A DNA stretch of 64,000 nt, from the NCBI RefSeq assembly GCF_009914755.1, contig NC_060939.1; one strand, written 5' to 3'. Positions 38,210 through 53,431 of this stretch are shown piece by piece. The translations under genes and the position numbers were made by a program. This stretch comes from the human T2T-CHM13v2.0 reference genome, Homo sapiens. The stretch's first letter is position 1. Each line of letters starts with the position of its first letter. Under the pieces are notes generated by a model. That model was not told the DNA's origin and ran no database searches. It was given only the letters and a program-made list of their open reading frames with translations.

Positions 38210-40530
38210 GACAGGCCCAGATCAGGTAGCAGTTAACTCAAGGTTCCCCGTGAAAGCCAGAGGGTCTCTGTGGTGCATTTCAGATCTCATGGCTCTTACC
38301 CACAGGCACCCCTGGGATAACCCTCAGGCCCAGGATCTAATGGTAAAGGTGGCAATGCTGTTAAGAGGACAAGTCTCCCATGTCAATATCAGAGGCTTCA
38401 CAGGAAAAGAGTGGGACCCTGAGGCCTGGAATGGGGATATTTGGGTAAACAAGACTGAGAATTTGGAACCCCAGATAGCTTGAAACACCAAGGCTGGAAG
38501 AAGCTCCCTCCCCTTTGTTAGAGAAGAGTGGCCTCCTGCTGCATGGAGACCATGCAGAAACCTCACCTGACTCAGGTTCCTTGCCAAATGATGCTTGACC
38601 TCAAGATCTTCCCCCACCATCAATTGCTGCCTTAGGCCAATAACCAGGGTCAGGATACCACACAGTCCAAGCAGAGAAACACAGCCTCACATGGGAACAC
38701 ATGTGAGGGCGGATCTTGGGAGTTTAGGCTCAGTGTGGTTGGCTAAAGATAAGGCTGAATGTCTTTTATATTGACTGATGAGGGAGCACGTCATAACTCA
38801 GGGCTCAGTGTCTTGACAAGGACTCTGGAGCCAATCCTAAGATACTACTGATGGCTTCTTCAGGCCTGGAATCAAGGAAGGACCCCTGCGTGGGAAGTCA
38901 GCACCCAGCTGCCTTGGCCCTCAGCCTATTTCCTTTCCCCATGAGACCCCACTTCCCTACTCCTCAGCCCCTGCCCCTCTGGACAGGGCCACCTCCAGCC
39001 ACTGTCCCCAGGTGGGATGCCAGACTCTAGCCAACTCGGCCTCTAGGGCTGCAGGGCTGGGCCATCCAGAGGACCTCCCTGCTTGAAGGGGTACAAAGCC
39101 CCTCCCTCAGAATGGACCTCCAGGTTCAGTATTTGAGCACCCTTGCCCCACTATAGCTCAGAGCTCCACCCTCTGTCCCCTTCTCCCATTGAAGACCCTC
39201 AGCCAGACGGACCTCTGCTGCCCCTGTTCCTCCCAAATACCCCAAAGGACCCACTGCCACCTCCTTGAGTGCTAATCAGCCCTCCAAACCCACCCGACAA
39301 TCAGAGACATGTCTCGTGGAGCCCAGTCAGCTGTGGGTTGGCCTGGAGTCTTGTTTGGACTTATAGTTTTCAAAAGGTTGTCAGATGTAAGTTGTTCACT
39401 ATTCCTTAGTACACAGCACACGCTCATGGGCCCATGCAAGGCCGCTCTATCTGGTATTTCTCTTCACATTCTTTTTTTTCTTTTTGCCCCATAACCCTGA
39501 TACTAGCACCTTTTCTGCTCCTCAGCCCTTGTTTTGGGCCAGCACTCTAGTAGTTTTGCTATAAGTCTTCAAATTTGCATGCATGCAACCTGGTAAAATG
39601 AGCTTTACACGTGTGTGTTTTTAAATTACATAAATAGCATACTAGAAAAAAAAAACTCTGTGGTCTAGGAGGTGGAGATGCTGGGATGTTTGGCGTAACA
39701 CTGAGAAAGGAATAGCATTCTCAGGAGGGTGGGAATGGCAGAATGGACTTGTTATGTGAAAGCACAGAGCTCACTTTGTTTCCTCTAAGCAACCAGAGCC
39801 CATGCCCCCTGTAAGGCAATAACAATGGCACAGGACAGGGGGCCGCCAGCACCCTTTAGGAGTTCAGTGGTGGTGGCTGTTTTTTCTGGGACAGGACAGG
39901 GTTGAGGGTCGCAGATGCTGCCGTGGACCTGGGGGGCCCAGAATCCTAGGTGGGGGCGATAGGATTCCAGACAGGCTGATGCTGAGGAGAGCATTTACTC
40001 AGCAGCAGGAAGTGAACAGAATGACTGTAACAGGCAGCAAGGCTGGAGTGGCAATCAGGCCGCCCCGACCTGCGGCAATCTTGGTGATTGCCAACTGATC
40101 GTGCTGTTCTTCTGAGGGGCACAAGAGTGCTATCTGACTTATATAACAACAACTACAACAAAAACCATAGAGAGCTGGCAAGCAGAAGCTGCCATCAGCT
40201 GCCCCAGTAGAGTACAATGGCTCTGTACACAGCTTCCAGATCTAAGTCAGTTTACAGACACGGGACCCACCACTTGAAGGGGAGGCCAGATCCCCTCGAG
40301 GAAGGACCCTGTAATGCCATCACAAGTATATGTGATAAATCATTTCCTGATCCCTTCCCAAAGAGTCCTGCAGCCAGTTACTTGATAACTGCACTGGAAA
40401 AGGAGAACAATCAGACTTTTAGAGGAATTCTGGACAGGGGGGTCTGAGCTGACACTGATACCAGGGAAGCCAAAATGCCACTGGGGCTGTCCAGGTAGGA
40501 CTGAGGGCTTGTGCAAGGCAGGAACTGTGG
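38210..40530 (+). mobile_element. ERV-L internal (gag-pro) remnant, interrupted at ~38886-39656
   Basis: Translates to GKEWDPEAWNGDIW (ERV-L Gag) at ~38403 and QTFRGILD-G/SELTLIPGKPK (protease, frameshifted) at ~40411-40475. Confidence 0.75.
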
Positions 40531-40670
40531 GGTGGTAGCAGGAGTGGACTCTCTCACATCATGCCCACGGTCTCCCTGCAAAATGGGGTCATAATAGTAC
40601 TGTCCTCATAGAATTGTGAGAACTCAATGAGATGCTCATGAGAAAAGGCCGCATAATCAGCTTGGCCAGT

Positions 40671-40673
<3 letters not shown>

Positions 40674-40705
<32 letters not shown>

Positions 40706-40754
40706 AGAGAGAGAGAGAGAGTTATATATAATATTTTATTTATATTTTATATAA

Positions 40755-40800
<46 letters not shown>
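40674..40800. repeat. (TA)n/(GA)n compound microsatellite
   Basis: Seen directly. Confidence 0.95.
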
Positions 40801-40803
<3 letters not shown>

Positions 40804-43747
40804 CTTTGTAGCTTTGCAGTAAGAAAACTGGTCCATAAACCATTCACAGAAAAGCCAGAAAGTTAAAGAAATACTGGGCCAACAGTCATCTTAGTTTGCC
40901 AAATGAGGGCACCACCCTCACACCCAAAGTTTCCTACAGGAAGGAGCCATGCCTTCTCCTCAGCCTTGCCCAGTAGTCCCTGGCTCCAGGCAGGCTCGGT
41001 CCTCTGCTCTCCAATCTAAGAGTTTGTTTTCCCTTGGCATCAGCGTGGAATGGCTCACACCTGACTAGGAATCAGGTGCTGGGGGCCCACCTCCTGGTTT
41101 TCCCCCAGCCAGCTGCATGATGCTGGGAAAGTTCCTCACCCCTTCTGGGTTCCTCAGTGTAAAATAAACAGGTAGATCAGAGGCTCACCAAGGCCTCTTT
41201 CATGCCCAGAACCTACAGACTTACCTAGGCCAAACCCCAGTGAACGCATCTTTGAGATCTCAGCATCTCTCAATAGAAGATGGGGTGAGCAAATCAAGAA
41301 GTTCAAAGAAACTAACCGTAGTTATAATTGCCTCCTTGCAAAGACCTTCAGAGTGTCTCAACTTACCTAACACGAATGAACAAATTGTTCCTGCTAGTGG
41401 ATACCCCGCTAAGTTCTTGAGTACACACAAGCAGAGCAGAGGGGCCCTATGGGACGTTTGCTGTGGAGCCTCCGCTGTACAGTCCGTTTCCCCCCAGGAG
41501 ACTTTAGCACACCTCGTTTCTCCCTTTCAGTCTGTGCTTTCAGCCGCCTTTTAATTCTTCAGCAACCCTGAACGTGCTGTTTGTGTCCTCATTGTGGTGC
41601 TGTTTGCCAGCCAGGCAGGCAGGGAGGTTCGGGGAGAGCCGGAAGCCACGGATGCCCCAGCGAGTCATGCTGTCAATTCTGTGCCTCAGTCCCGTCTAAC
41701 CAAGGATAAGCCAGTACCTTGGCAGCCCAAGAAGGCAGTCCTTAGGCAGACGTCTGCTGCCCGCAGGAAACTCTCAGAGCAGCCACGCTCTCCTCTCAGA
41801 CTTTTGGCAGAGCCCCCGCCATTTCTTCATGTTAATAATGAAGAAAGAAAACCCCTCAATGAATGTGCAGTGAAATGAATCTGCAATTAACTTTAAATAA
41901 GCTTAAAATCCCATCGCAATGCCCTCCCTTGGTATTTTTATGGGAAATGGTTTTCAGTAGATATGCACACCATAAAGATCCTGAAACGTACGACAGACAA
42001 AATCCTCTTAGGCATGCTAAAGGGTAATTTGGTTTTTCTCAAAGCTACATTAAAAAAATAATAATAAGGGATAGAAATAAGCCAGCTTTTAAGAAAATAT
42101 TAACGGTTAACCTATAAACCATCCCCCAAAGCAATCTCCCTACTCAGGAAATTTAGCGTATGGCTTTAAAAGCTTAACCCTTTTGCTTTTTCACATCTTT
42201 ATGCATCTCTTACTTAAGCGGAATCACTTAAAATCTCTTATCACAAGGGGCTTAAGAAGGCCTTTTCTTATGGATCTAAAATCAGCAACAACCCTTAGGC
42301 CAGGGGGGTCATCCTTTTCGGGGTCTGCCCGGCTGCAGTTCAGCCCCACCAGCCTGGGAGCTGCAGGCCTGACTCAAGAGGAGCAGCCGCTCCAAAGCTA
42401 CAGGAAGCCCTTTTTCTTCCCAGGCCTCTGGGACAGTTTCCAGCTCTGGTTCCCAGCCCACTGTCTGTCCCCTCCCCCTGTCTGATCCCAGGCCAAACCT
42501 TGGCTCCAATAATAACAAAGAGGCCCAGAAGATGAAAAGCTGAAGTCCTTTCCCTTCCAGCTGAAGCCAGGTGTGATGCTGGCAGGGAGAGGTTCCAAGC
42601 TTGGCCAAGCCAGATGAAGGCATGCTAAAGCAATAACCCAAAAACGAGCCCCACATGGGGCCGGATGCCCAGACCTTTCACTTATTTCACTATAAATGAG
42701 TTTCCTGGGGCAAAGTAATTTCTTTCTTCAAAGAAAATCGCAGTCAAAGGCCAAAGAAGAAAAGGCGGAGCGCAAGAGGGAGGAGGTGAACTGGGGACCA
42801 CAGAAAGACAGCAAGAGAGGAGCCCCTTGGTGGATATTCATTCCAGGGCTTTCCAGAGAGCTCAACCAAGCCCATAAAGAACTCGCTGGCCTGTAAATGG
42901 GCACTCTGATGTTTGCAATGATCAGCCCCAGAGTTTTGTCCAGCCTTTGGCTGACAGTGTGTTTCTCAGCAGAGAGACAAGCTGTTGGGATGTTTTTCTG
43001 ACCTCCCAGAGAGCTGAACATCCTGATGCCCTAGGGACTGGCAGGCTCCCCAGGGAGGTGTCCAGATCCTAAAGAAAGACTGGAAGGGTGGGTGCAGACT
43101 GCAGGCTAGATTTGAAGGCTTCTCTCTGATCTTCCTTAGCCCTTGGTGGCTGCTTAGATATAGGGACTTGAGAAGGCAGCCTCCAGCCCTGCCTGCAGGA
43201 AACCTTCAATCTGATTTTATAATCTCAGGGTGACCTATATTTGAGCTTCTGAACCCAACCTCAAAATGAAATCCAGATGCCATGCCAAGTGCTTCTGCCT
43301 GGTCATTTAGAGTGGACAGCGCTTCAGGTTAAATCAGACTTGTGGGCTGTCCATCAGCGTGAAAAAGGGCTGATGTTTACTATGGTGGCCAGAAATAGGG
43401 ACATTTCTCCCATTGCCCTTGGATATAGCTCATTCAGGTGGGCACAGGTGGCCTGGCTGGTGGCTGCCCCACTTCCCAAAGCCTGGATCTTGAGCCGCTA
43501 TCTGGAACACAGCACACTCAGCTCCAGATCAACCACCCAAGCCCTCTGGTGAGCATCAAGCTCTGAGGCCCTTTGATATTTAGAGATCAGTTGCGCGGGG
43601 CGACTGAGAAGAACTGGACTCTGAGAAAGGGTGAAAATTGAAAGAATGTGGTGCTGGCGAATCTGTGCCTCACTCCTTTCCATTCCCACCTCCTTGCCAT
43701 GTGCCTCACTGCCCACTAGAAGCCAGGAAGCTAAAGAATATCTCTAT

Positions 43748-44500
43748 GTGACACTTCTCTAGCTCAGATGTGCACCAGACCTAGCTTTCTCCCAGCAGGT
43801 GCAGATTTGGAGGCTGGGACATGCATGGGTCTACTGCACCTCCTGGCAAGCACAGCCATGGGGGCATTTGGTTTTTCAGCAGAGGGTCCCAGAGAGTCTC
43901 TGGCTCTGTGAGTGGAGCCTCAGAGAGGCTGGGGTGGAGCCTTGGCTGAGTTGGCAGGGTCTGCAGCAGGGCAGCATGGACCTGGAGCCAGAAGTTGTAG
44001 TGAGGCATCCCAAGCACAGCAGAGGCAGTAGCGCCTGAGGTGGGCCAGTTCCTCTGTGTTATTCTAGCAGGCATTTATGCTGGGTCATATGTGGAGAGTG
44101 ACAGCCATCCGATGTACCTCCAATTCCTTCCAATCTTTTTTTTTTTTTTTTTTTTTGAGACAGGGTCTCACTCTGTTGCCCAGGCTGGAGTGCAGTGGCA
44201 CGATCTCAGCTCACTGAAACTCCCAGGTTCAAGTGATACTCCTGCCTCAGCCTCCCAAGTAGCTGGGACTACAGGCACCTGTTACCATGCCTGGCTAATT
44301 TTTGTATTTTTTTTAGTAGAGACAGGGTTTCACCATGTTGGCCAAGCTGGTCTCAAACTCCTGACCTCAGGTGATTCATCCACCTTGACCTCCCAAACTT
44401 CTAATCCTTTTATAAAAGCTAGACTTCCTCTTTGAAATCCCTTTCAGCCTGAGTTAGCTAGGGTGGATTCTGTTGTCTGCAATTAATCCCCAAATGAATC
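43748..44500 (+). mobile_element. Old ERVL LTR (LTR33/LTR41-like), with an Alu inserted
   Basis: 3' end aaatccctttcagcctgagttagctagggtggattctgttgtctgcaa. Confidence 0.5.
44137..44398 (-). mobile_element. AluS (5'-truncated)
   Basis: Antisense; TSD cttc(c/t)aatc. Confidence 0.92.
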
Positions 44501-44509
44501 AGAAGTAAA

Positions 44510-44920
44510 GGGAAGAAAGCATTTCATAAAGGAGTAGCCACTCTGTCAAACACTGCAGAGACTTTAAGAGGAGCATAGGAAAGCATCTTGGATTTGTCAG
44601 CGTGAAAGTTATTGGTAACCCTGATGTGCAGGATTTCCGTAGGAGGCTGGAGAGTGAATGGGAAGTGAGCAAGATGAGACAACCACTGGAGAAAACTCTT
44701 CTGAGAAGGGTTGCTGAGATGCAGAATAGAAAATGATGCAACAGCTAGAGGAAAATGTGGGCTCAAGGAAGAGTTTTTTCAATATGGGAGACTTTGGAGC
44801 ATTTCACCTGCTGAAGGGATGCTGCAGAAAGAGAGGGAGATAAATAATGCAAGGAAAAGAGGATATCAAAGGAGAAAAGTCTTTAACCGCAAGGAAATAG
44901 GATCCAGAGTGAGTGGAAGG
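44510..44920 (-). mobile_element. L2 fragment
   Basis: tgtcaaacactgcagagact...ttggatttgtcagc...ttattggtaaccctg. Confidence 0.65.
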
Positions 44921-45287
44921 GCAGGTCGTTAAAAAAAAGAAAGAAACTTCTCCATGGTAACAACCTCTTGGCATTCAAAAGATAGAGCACAGACCAGCTG
45001 GGCTGAGGGCTTGCGTAGGGAGCTGAGAGGGAGAAGGAAGAAGAAATAAGAGGAAGCCAAATTGTAAAGAGCCTTGGATGTCAAACCAAGGAATTTAGAC
45101 CTCCTCCTGCAGACACTGGTCTTTGGAAACAAATGCTTTCGGCCAGAGGATGACGTAAGAACAAATATCCAAGGGAGACCCAAACCAAGTCCACAGGAAA
45201 GAAAACCATCACCAGCCTAACTGACCTGGTGTATTGCCAGTGTGTGGGCTGGCATCAGGACAGGGGTCGAGTTTTGGATTAAGGAAA

Positions 45288-45500
45288 GGGCAGCATGATG
45301 AAAAGAGCTCCAGCTTTGGATTCAGATAAATCTGGGTTCAAATCCCAGTGCTATTAAGCTGTGAAACTTGGGGAAAATTATTCAACTTTTCTGCACCTCT
45401 TCTGTAAAATGTGAAGAATTCCTCCTGGAATGAATGTTGTAAAGATTAAATGAGATTACATACCTGGTCTAGTAAATGCTTAATGAATAGTAGCTACTGA
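45288..45500 (+). mobile_element. MIR
   Basis: gctttggattcagataaatctgggttcaaatccca...gattaaatgaga. Confidence 0.85.
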
Positions 45501-45773
45501 ATCTGAATTCCTGGAAAAGGCACCTGGGGTCTACATTTTTAACACCCTCTATGAGGTGACTCCACTGTTAGGCTGTGGGGCCTACACAAAAAAGAAAAGC
45601 CCAGAAAAACTTGTCTTGGGCTTTTCTCATGACTTGGTAGATAGTAGGTGGTCAGTAAGTATTTGTTGAGTAATTAGATAAATAGATAAACAAATAATAA
45701 ATAGAATATATATAGATAGAACTGGCTGTAAAAATTTATAGTCTCAATTTGGAACATTAAAATTTAGAATGTT

Positions 45774-46399
<626 letters not shown>

Positions 46400-46844
46400 T
46401 TAAGGGCTTGGAGGCCAGATTGTGCCTCCTCCAGTTTCATCTCTTTGGGCAATTGGTAGATTTCCCCTGGCAGCCAAGCCTCCCTCTAGGAGGGCCCTGA
46501 TGGCTGCAGGGGACTGTTGTTTTCACTTTTCAGTGAACATGACATTTTGAACCCAAAGCTGGAATATTAATAAAGTCTGCATACAGACTGGAGATCAAAA
46601 TGACCTGAAATTCAGGCTCAATCTGGAACAGTAATTGTTCCTGCAGTTATTTTCTGCTGACTGCTTCACAGTGTCAAAGAATCTTAAGGAGGGTGGGGAT
46701 ACCTTTCAGATGAGCTCAAACTAGTTGGATTCCTCTGAGGCCTGGGATAAAGTTTCAAAATATTTTTCAAATTGTGTTTGCCTGCAGCAGCTCAGTGTGA
46801 TAACAATTATCATATGTGTTGGAATCCTAGCAAGTCCATAAACG

Positions 46845-47000
46845 GGCTCTGTGACCTTGGGCAAGCTGCTTTAATCCCTCCAGACATCAGTGTTCTCATC
46901 TGTAAACTGGGTCAGGCGTGACGCCTGCTCTGGGAGAAGTGTGAGAAATACGAGAAACGGCGTCGAATCCCTTGCCGGGGCCCTGACACGCGGTAGCTGC
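46845..47000 (+). mobile_element. MIR
   Basis: ctgtgaccttgggcaag...tctcatctgtaaactggg. Confidence 0.7.
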
Positions 47001-48572
47001 TCTGTCCATGCTAGTGTCACCCTCCCACCCTGACCTTCTTCCCAGGAGCCTAGAGGGGTCAGGACAGGTTCTTCTCAGAAGATGCCCACCACTCAGAAAA
47101 GTTCTCTTGCCAAAGTTTTGTCCCTACATAAATTCAGCAAGCAAAGACTCCTCTGATGCTCAAAAGAGCAACCCTTTCTGTATCCTCACCTTGGGTAAGA
47201 GTAAGTTCAATATCAGCCCCTTGCTTTACAGGAAGAGAGACAAAGGCATTGTAATTTAAGTTCCTTTTAGGGCTACAAGATAACAATCAACATTTGCAAA
47301 AAGCACTGACATATTAATTTTTTAACCTTCAGGGATTATCTTTTCCTACAGTAAATGAACTACACAGTAAGTGTATTTTCTATACACAGAATTTCTACAC
47401 AGTAAGTGAACTCATTTATTTTTCTTCCCTGAAAAGGCCTCTTATCCTTGGAATGAAGAATGCAATGCAATTCCCTTCTAACCCATCTCATTCCAGGATC
47501 CCCTTGGGGACATACCTCCGCACACACTGCTCAGACCCCACTAGCATCCATCCAAACAGTGCGTGTTCTTTTTTAGGATACAGTTGTACTTTTGTCTTAA
47601 GAAATAGAAGTACCAGGATTCCTGAAAATGTTTTTTTAGACCATGCATAAAATCTCATATGTGCTGAACCACTGGATTTCCCAGCCCCCACATGCCCCCA
47701 CATGCAAAAATATACCCTCATTAGACTGTCCTGTGCCCCCAGTTCCTCCACTATGGATCTAATCCTTTGGGTTAAGCATGCTTTTTTATTTGGCTCCTGG
47801 GGAGCTGGGGAGTCCTAGCTGCTAATGGCAAGGTAGTAGGAGTAAATCCCTACTCATAGATGTACCAGTGCCACACATATAATTCCATGTATTTTTCTCA
47901 ATTCAGGCCAATTCCAGTCCCTGGAGTCCTGAATCCTTCCAGAGAGTCCCTCCCTTCTGGAGCTTCCTGCCTGTCTCTCTGAGGTCATGCTGAAGTTCTG
48001 GTTTCTAACAACACTTGGGGTAGGAAGTGGACTCCAACTGATAGGTGTCTACCTCATTTGCCTAATTCACTCCCCTAGTGAAAGGCCCTTCACGTCCTCC
48101 CTAAGGTAAGCAACGCTATGATGGACATCTTAGCACATGTAACCTCCTGAGGCTGTCTGGCAATCAAGAGCAGATGACTAGGTCCTAGGATACATGAATA
48201 CCCAGTTTGACTGCATACTGTTAGACTGTGCTCTAAGACCACTAGCATGATAAGGGCTCCCGGCTCCTCAGTCTCAAGAACATTCGGCATTGCATGGCTT
48301 TCCAACGTTTGTCAACCTGATGGGAATAATGTGCAGCTCATTTTGGTTTTAGTTTTTCCTTTCTGAGATTGTCTGTGACATTGGGCATCCCTTTATGTGC
48401 TTATAACCAGTTAGGTTTCCTCTGCTGTGAATTGCCTGTTCATGTCCTTTGCACACTTTTCTATACTGTTCTTCATCTTTTTATTGTTGATGTTCAAAAG
48501 TCACTTATATATTCTGTACATGACTTTATTGCTATTTTCTCCAACTTTTGATTTTGAAAAATTTCAAACTAA

Positions 48573-49210
<638 letters not shown>

Positions 49211-50386
49211 TTTTTTGTTTAATGTAATCCAGCCCCCAGCTGACTGCAATCCTCTGGACCACATGATAAGTTGTGTTGTTTTGTTTTGTTTTGTTTTTTG
49301 TTTTTTAATTATGGTAAAAAATACATAACATAAAATTTGCCATCTTAACCATCTTAAATGTATAATAGTATTAAATATATTCACATTATTGTGAAAACAT
49401 ACAAATATATTCTGTTGAAATATTTAAAAATAAGTTGCTGAAATTTTGATACTTCGCCACTAAATAGTTCAGTGTAGATCTCCTAGGAACAAAGGCTTTC
49501 TCCTACATAAACCATAATAAAATTTCCTCACTGAATACATTTAACATTTATACAATACTAATGTCTAATTAAGAGCTTACATTCAATGTTATCCATTGGT
49601 CCCAATAATTTTTAACATTGTAAAAATTACCTCCCAACCTGTGACCTATTTTTTAATTTCATCTATGAACACCTTCAGGTAACAAAATGTTTAATTTTGC
49701 TGTCATCAAATATGTTCCTTTTTTCCCCTAAGGGCAGAGGTTTTGAGGGTCTTACATATGACGTTCTTGGTTATCCCTAAATAACAAAGATATTTTTCAA
49801 CAATTTCTCCTTTTAGCTTTATAGTTTCACCTTTAAGTTTCACCCTTAAGTCTAAGGGTAAGAAGTAAGAATTCAATGTTTTCTTCATAGTGAACAAGTT
49901 TTTCCAATGCCATTTAATAACCAATCTGTTCTGTCCCAAGTTACGTGTGGCAGTCTCTTAACATTCCCATGTATATGGCCTGTTCTGGGACTTCCCATTC
50001 TTTCCATGTGTCTATCTGCCCATTTCTGCGCAGGAACCAGGCTATTTTCATTTCTGTGGCTTTGCCTTGTGTTTTCCTATCTTTCTGTCTGACACATCAG
50101 TGTTTCTCTTTTTGCTCTTATTTTTTAAACTTAATAGCTATTGGGAAACTTTTATTCATCTGTATAAATTCTAGGTTGTTTTAACATCTTCAGGCATTCT
50201 GCCCATGGCCAGCCATTGTAATAACCTAGATACACAGCTGCCCTGCTGGCCCTGACCTTTCTGCCTCACAGACTCCTAAATTCTATGTGGCAGAGTTACA
50301 CGTGATGATTCTATTCCGGAAAATCCATTTCATGCCATACCACAAAAATCCCCAAGTTTCTCCTGAAAGTAAATAAAAGCAAGTAC

Positions 50387-50710
<324 letters not shown>

Positions 50711-51319
50711 GACTTTAAAGTGGCTGTGAATCTCAATTCACAAGTTCAGATATGTAAGAAAGAACAATTTTTTTCATATCCCAAAACTGAATTGAATTTC
50801 TTTTAGGAGCCCCTAGTCTGCTGGAGTAGCAGAAACACCATTTCAGTTAATTTAGGGACTCTTCCTACTTTCTCTGGGGTGAAATTTACAAAGGACTTGC
50901 AGAGAACCAAGGCTCCAATGGGAGGGGTGATCTTTTAAGTCCTCAATATCATCGAAGCGTGTCACTAACTTGTCCATTGTCCCATCTAGTCCTCAGTCAG
51001 TGGTCCTTAAAAGTCTCTCTGCTACTTCTGTTCCACTCTCAAGCTCCTGGCAATCATTCTGTTCTTGTGACATAAGAATTGAGAAATGCTGTGAGATCTC
51101 ATCTGCCTAGATGCTCCATACAACTGAAGCCATCAGTTCTCTACGATCTTGCCACCCCTTGAAGCCCTACCAGGAAACACAGACATAGGTGCCCGTATTC
51201 TCAGATCCCGCAAATCTGTCAGGGCCTCACCAGGGCTCATTCTCTTCTCCCTGGGACCCAACAACAGCTACCTGTCTGTATTAGTCATGGTTCTCCAGAG
51301 AAACAGACTCAATAGGAGA

Positions 51320-51714
<395 letters not shown>

Positions 51715-52089
51715 AAGAGATTTCTTATAAAGAACTGGCTCACATTCACACAATTATGGAGGCTGAGAAGTCCACAATCAGCAGGGAGGGCTGGAGATCC
51801 AGGAGAGCTGATGTTTCAGTTCAAGTCTAGAGGCAGTCTGCTGGAGAATCTTCTCTTGCTCAGGGGAAACGGGAATTTTTGTTCTATTCAGGCCTTCAAC
51901 TGCTGGGAATAAGGCCCACCAACACTATGGAGGGCAATCTGCTTTATTCAAAGTCCGTCAATTTAAATGTGAATTTCATCCAACACACCCTCACAGAGAC
52001 ACTCAAGATAATCTTTGACCAAGTATCTGAGCACACTGTGGCCCAGCCAAGTTGACACAAAATTAACCATCACACTCTCCTTGATGAAT

Positions 52090-52970
52090 GCTATATCAAC
52101 CAGGATCCAGTCAGGCATTCCAACACAGAAGATTTATATTTTTACAGACGTAATTCACATACCCTGAAATTCACCCATGTAAGGGAGTTTTAGTATATTC
52201 AGAATGTTGTGAAGCCATCACCACTATCTAATTCCAAAACAGTTTCATCAACCCTCACCCCCTACAAAAAAACTCATACCTGTTAGCAGTCAACAAGGGG
52301 ATTTAATATAGGGAATTGGCTGGATGGATAGCAAAGGACTGAAAGGAAGAAAAGGAACACCTGTTATCATGCAAACGTAGTAACTGCAGGAAACAGCCAC
52401 CACTCCTAGGACTAGAGGAACAGAGGGAAAGGGCTGGGGCTATGAGAACCCAGAATCCTGGAGGACGCCCTCACAAAACTAGGACAAAGACTTCTCAGAA
52501 AAGGGTAACGGCCTGCTGGTATCGGTACCTCAAGAAACTCGAGGAGGGGGTTCACAGAGCTGGGACCTAGATCTCTCAGGAGGGGGCATGAGCTAAATGC
52601 GGCTGCAACACAAGAGCTCAGAGGGAAGGTCTAAGTTAGGACTTGGTCTTCTTAGGAGAGGGTGCTACCTGGATGCTGCTGGTAACTGATGGGGTGAGAT
52701 GGGCTGATCGTGGGAACTTAGCAAAACGAAGGAAACTGGAACCAACTCCACTGCTGGGATAACGGTGACAGGAACAGCAAGCATGGGGAAGGAACATCTC
52801 TTCTCCATCTTCCTGTTGTCTGGTCTCCTTTTAGCATCCCCTATTATCAGGACCTAACAGGCAGCAGCTGGCAACAAGGAAATTGGGTTGCAAAGTCACA
52901 GCCTCACCATTGCAGAGCTGAGCACAGAAGAGTTATTAGGAGCTGGAGACAGTAGCTTTATAACACCATG
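52090..52970 (-). mobile_element. Ancient LTR (LTR78/79-like) with an L1MB 3' fragment at ~52130-52292
   Basis: atttaatatagggaattgg...agtaactgcaggaaacagccaccactcctagg resembles the recalled consensus. Confidence 0.45.
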
Positions 52971-53060
52971 CCTCCCTACTCTCTCCATCTAACCACAGCC
53001 CAGGGAGGGAACATTCTAATCTGGAGGGTTGGATGACAACCTATCTTGCTCTTTACTCAT

Positions 53061-53431
53061 CTTGTTAGTCCATTCTCACACTGCTATGAAGAAATACCTG
53101 AGACTGGGTAATTTATAGAGGAAAGAGGTTTAATTGACTCACAGTTCTGCATAACTGGGAAGGCCTCAGGAAACTTACAATTACAGCAGAAGGGGAAGCA
53201 AACATATCCTTCACATGGCAGCAGGAGAGAGAAGTGCTGAGCAAAAGGGGAAAAGCCCCTCGTAAAACCATCAGATCTCATGAGAACTCACTCACTGTTA
53301 TGAGAACAGCATGGGGGTAACTGCCCCCGTGATTCAATTACCTCCCACCAGGTCCCTCCCACAACATGTGGGGATTATGAGAGCTACAATTCAAGATGAG
53401 ACTTGGGTGGGGACACAGCCAAACCATATCA
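53061..53431 (-). mobile_element. THE1C solo LTR
   Basis: gagaagtgctgagcaaaagggg...acacagccaaaccatatca; TSD ctcat/cccat. Confidence 0.9.
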
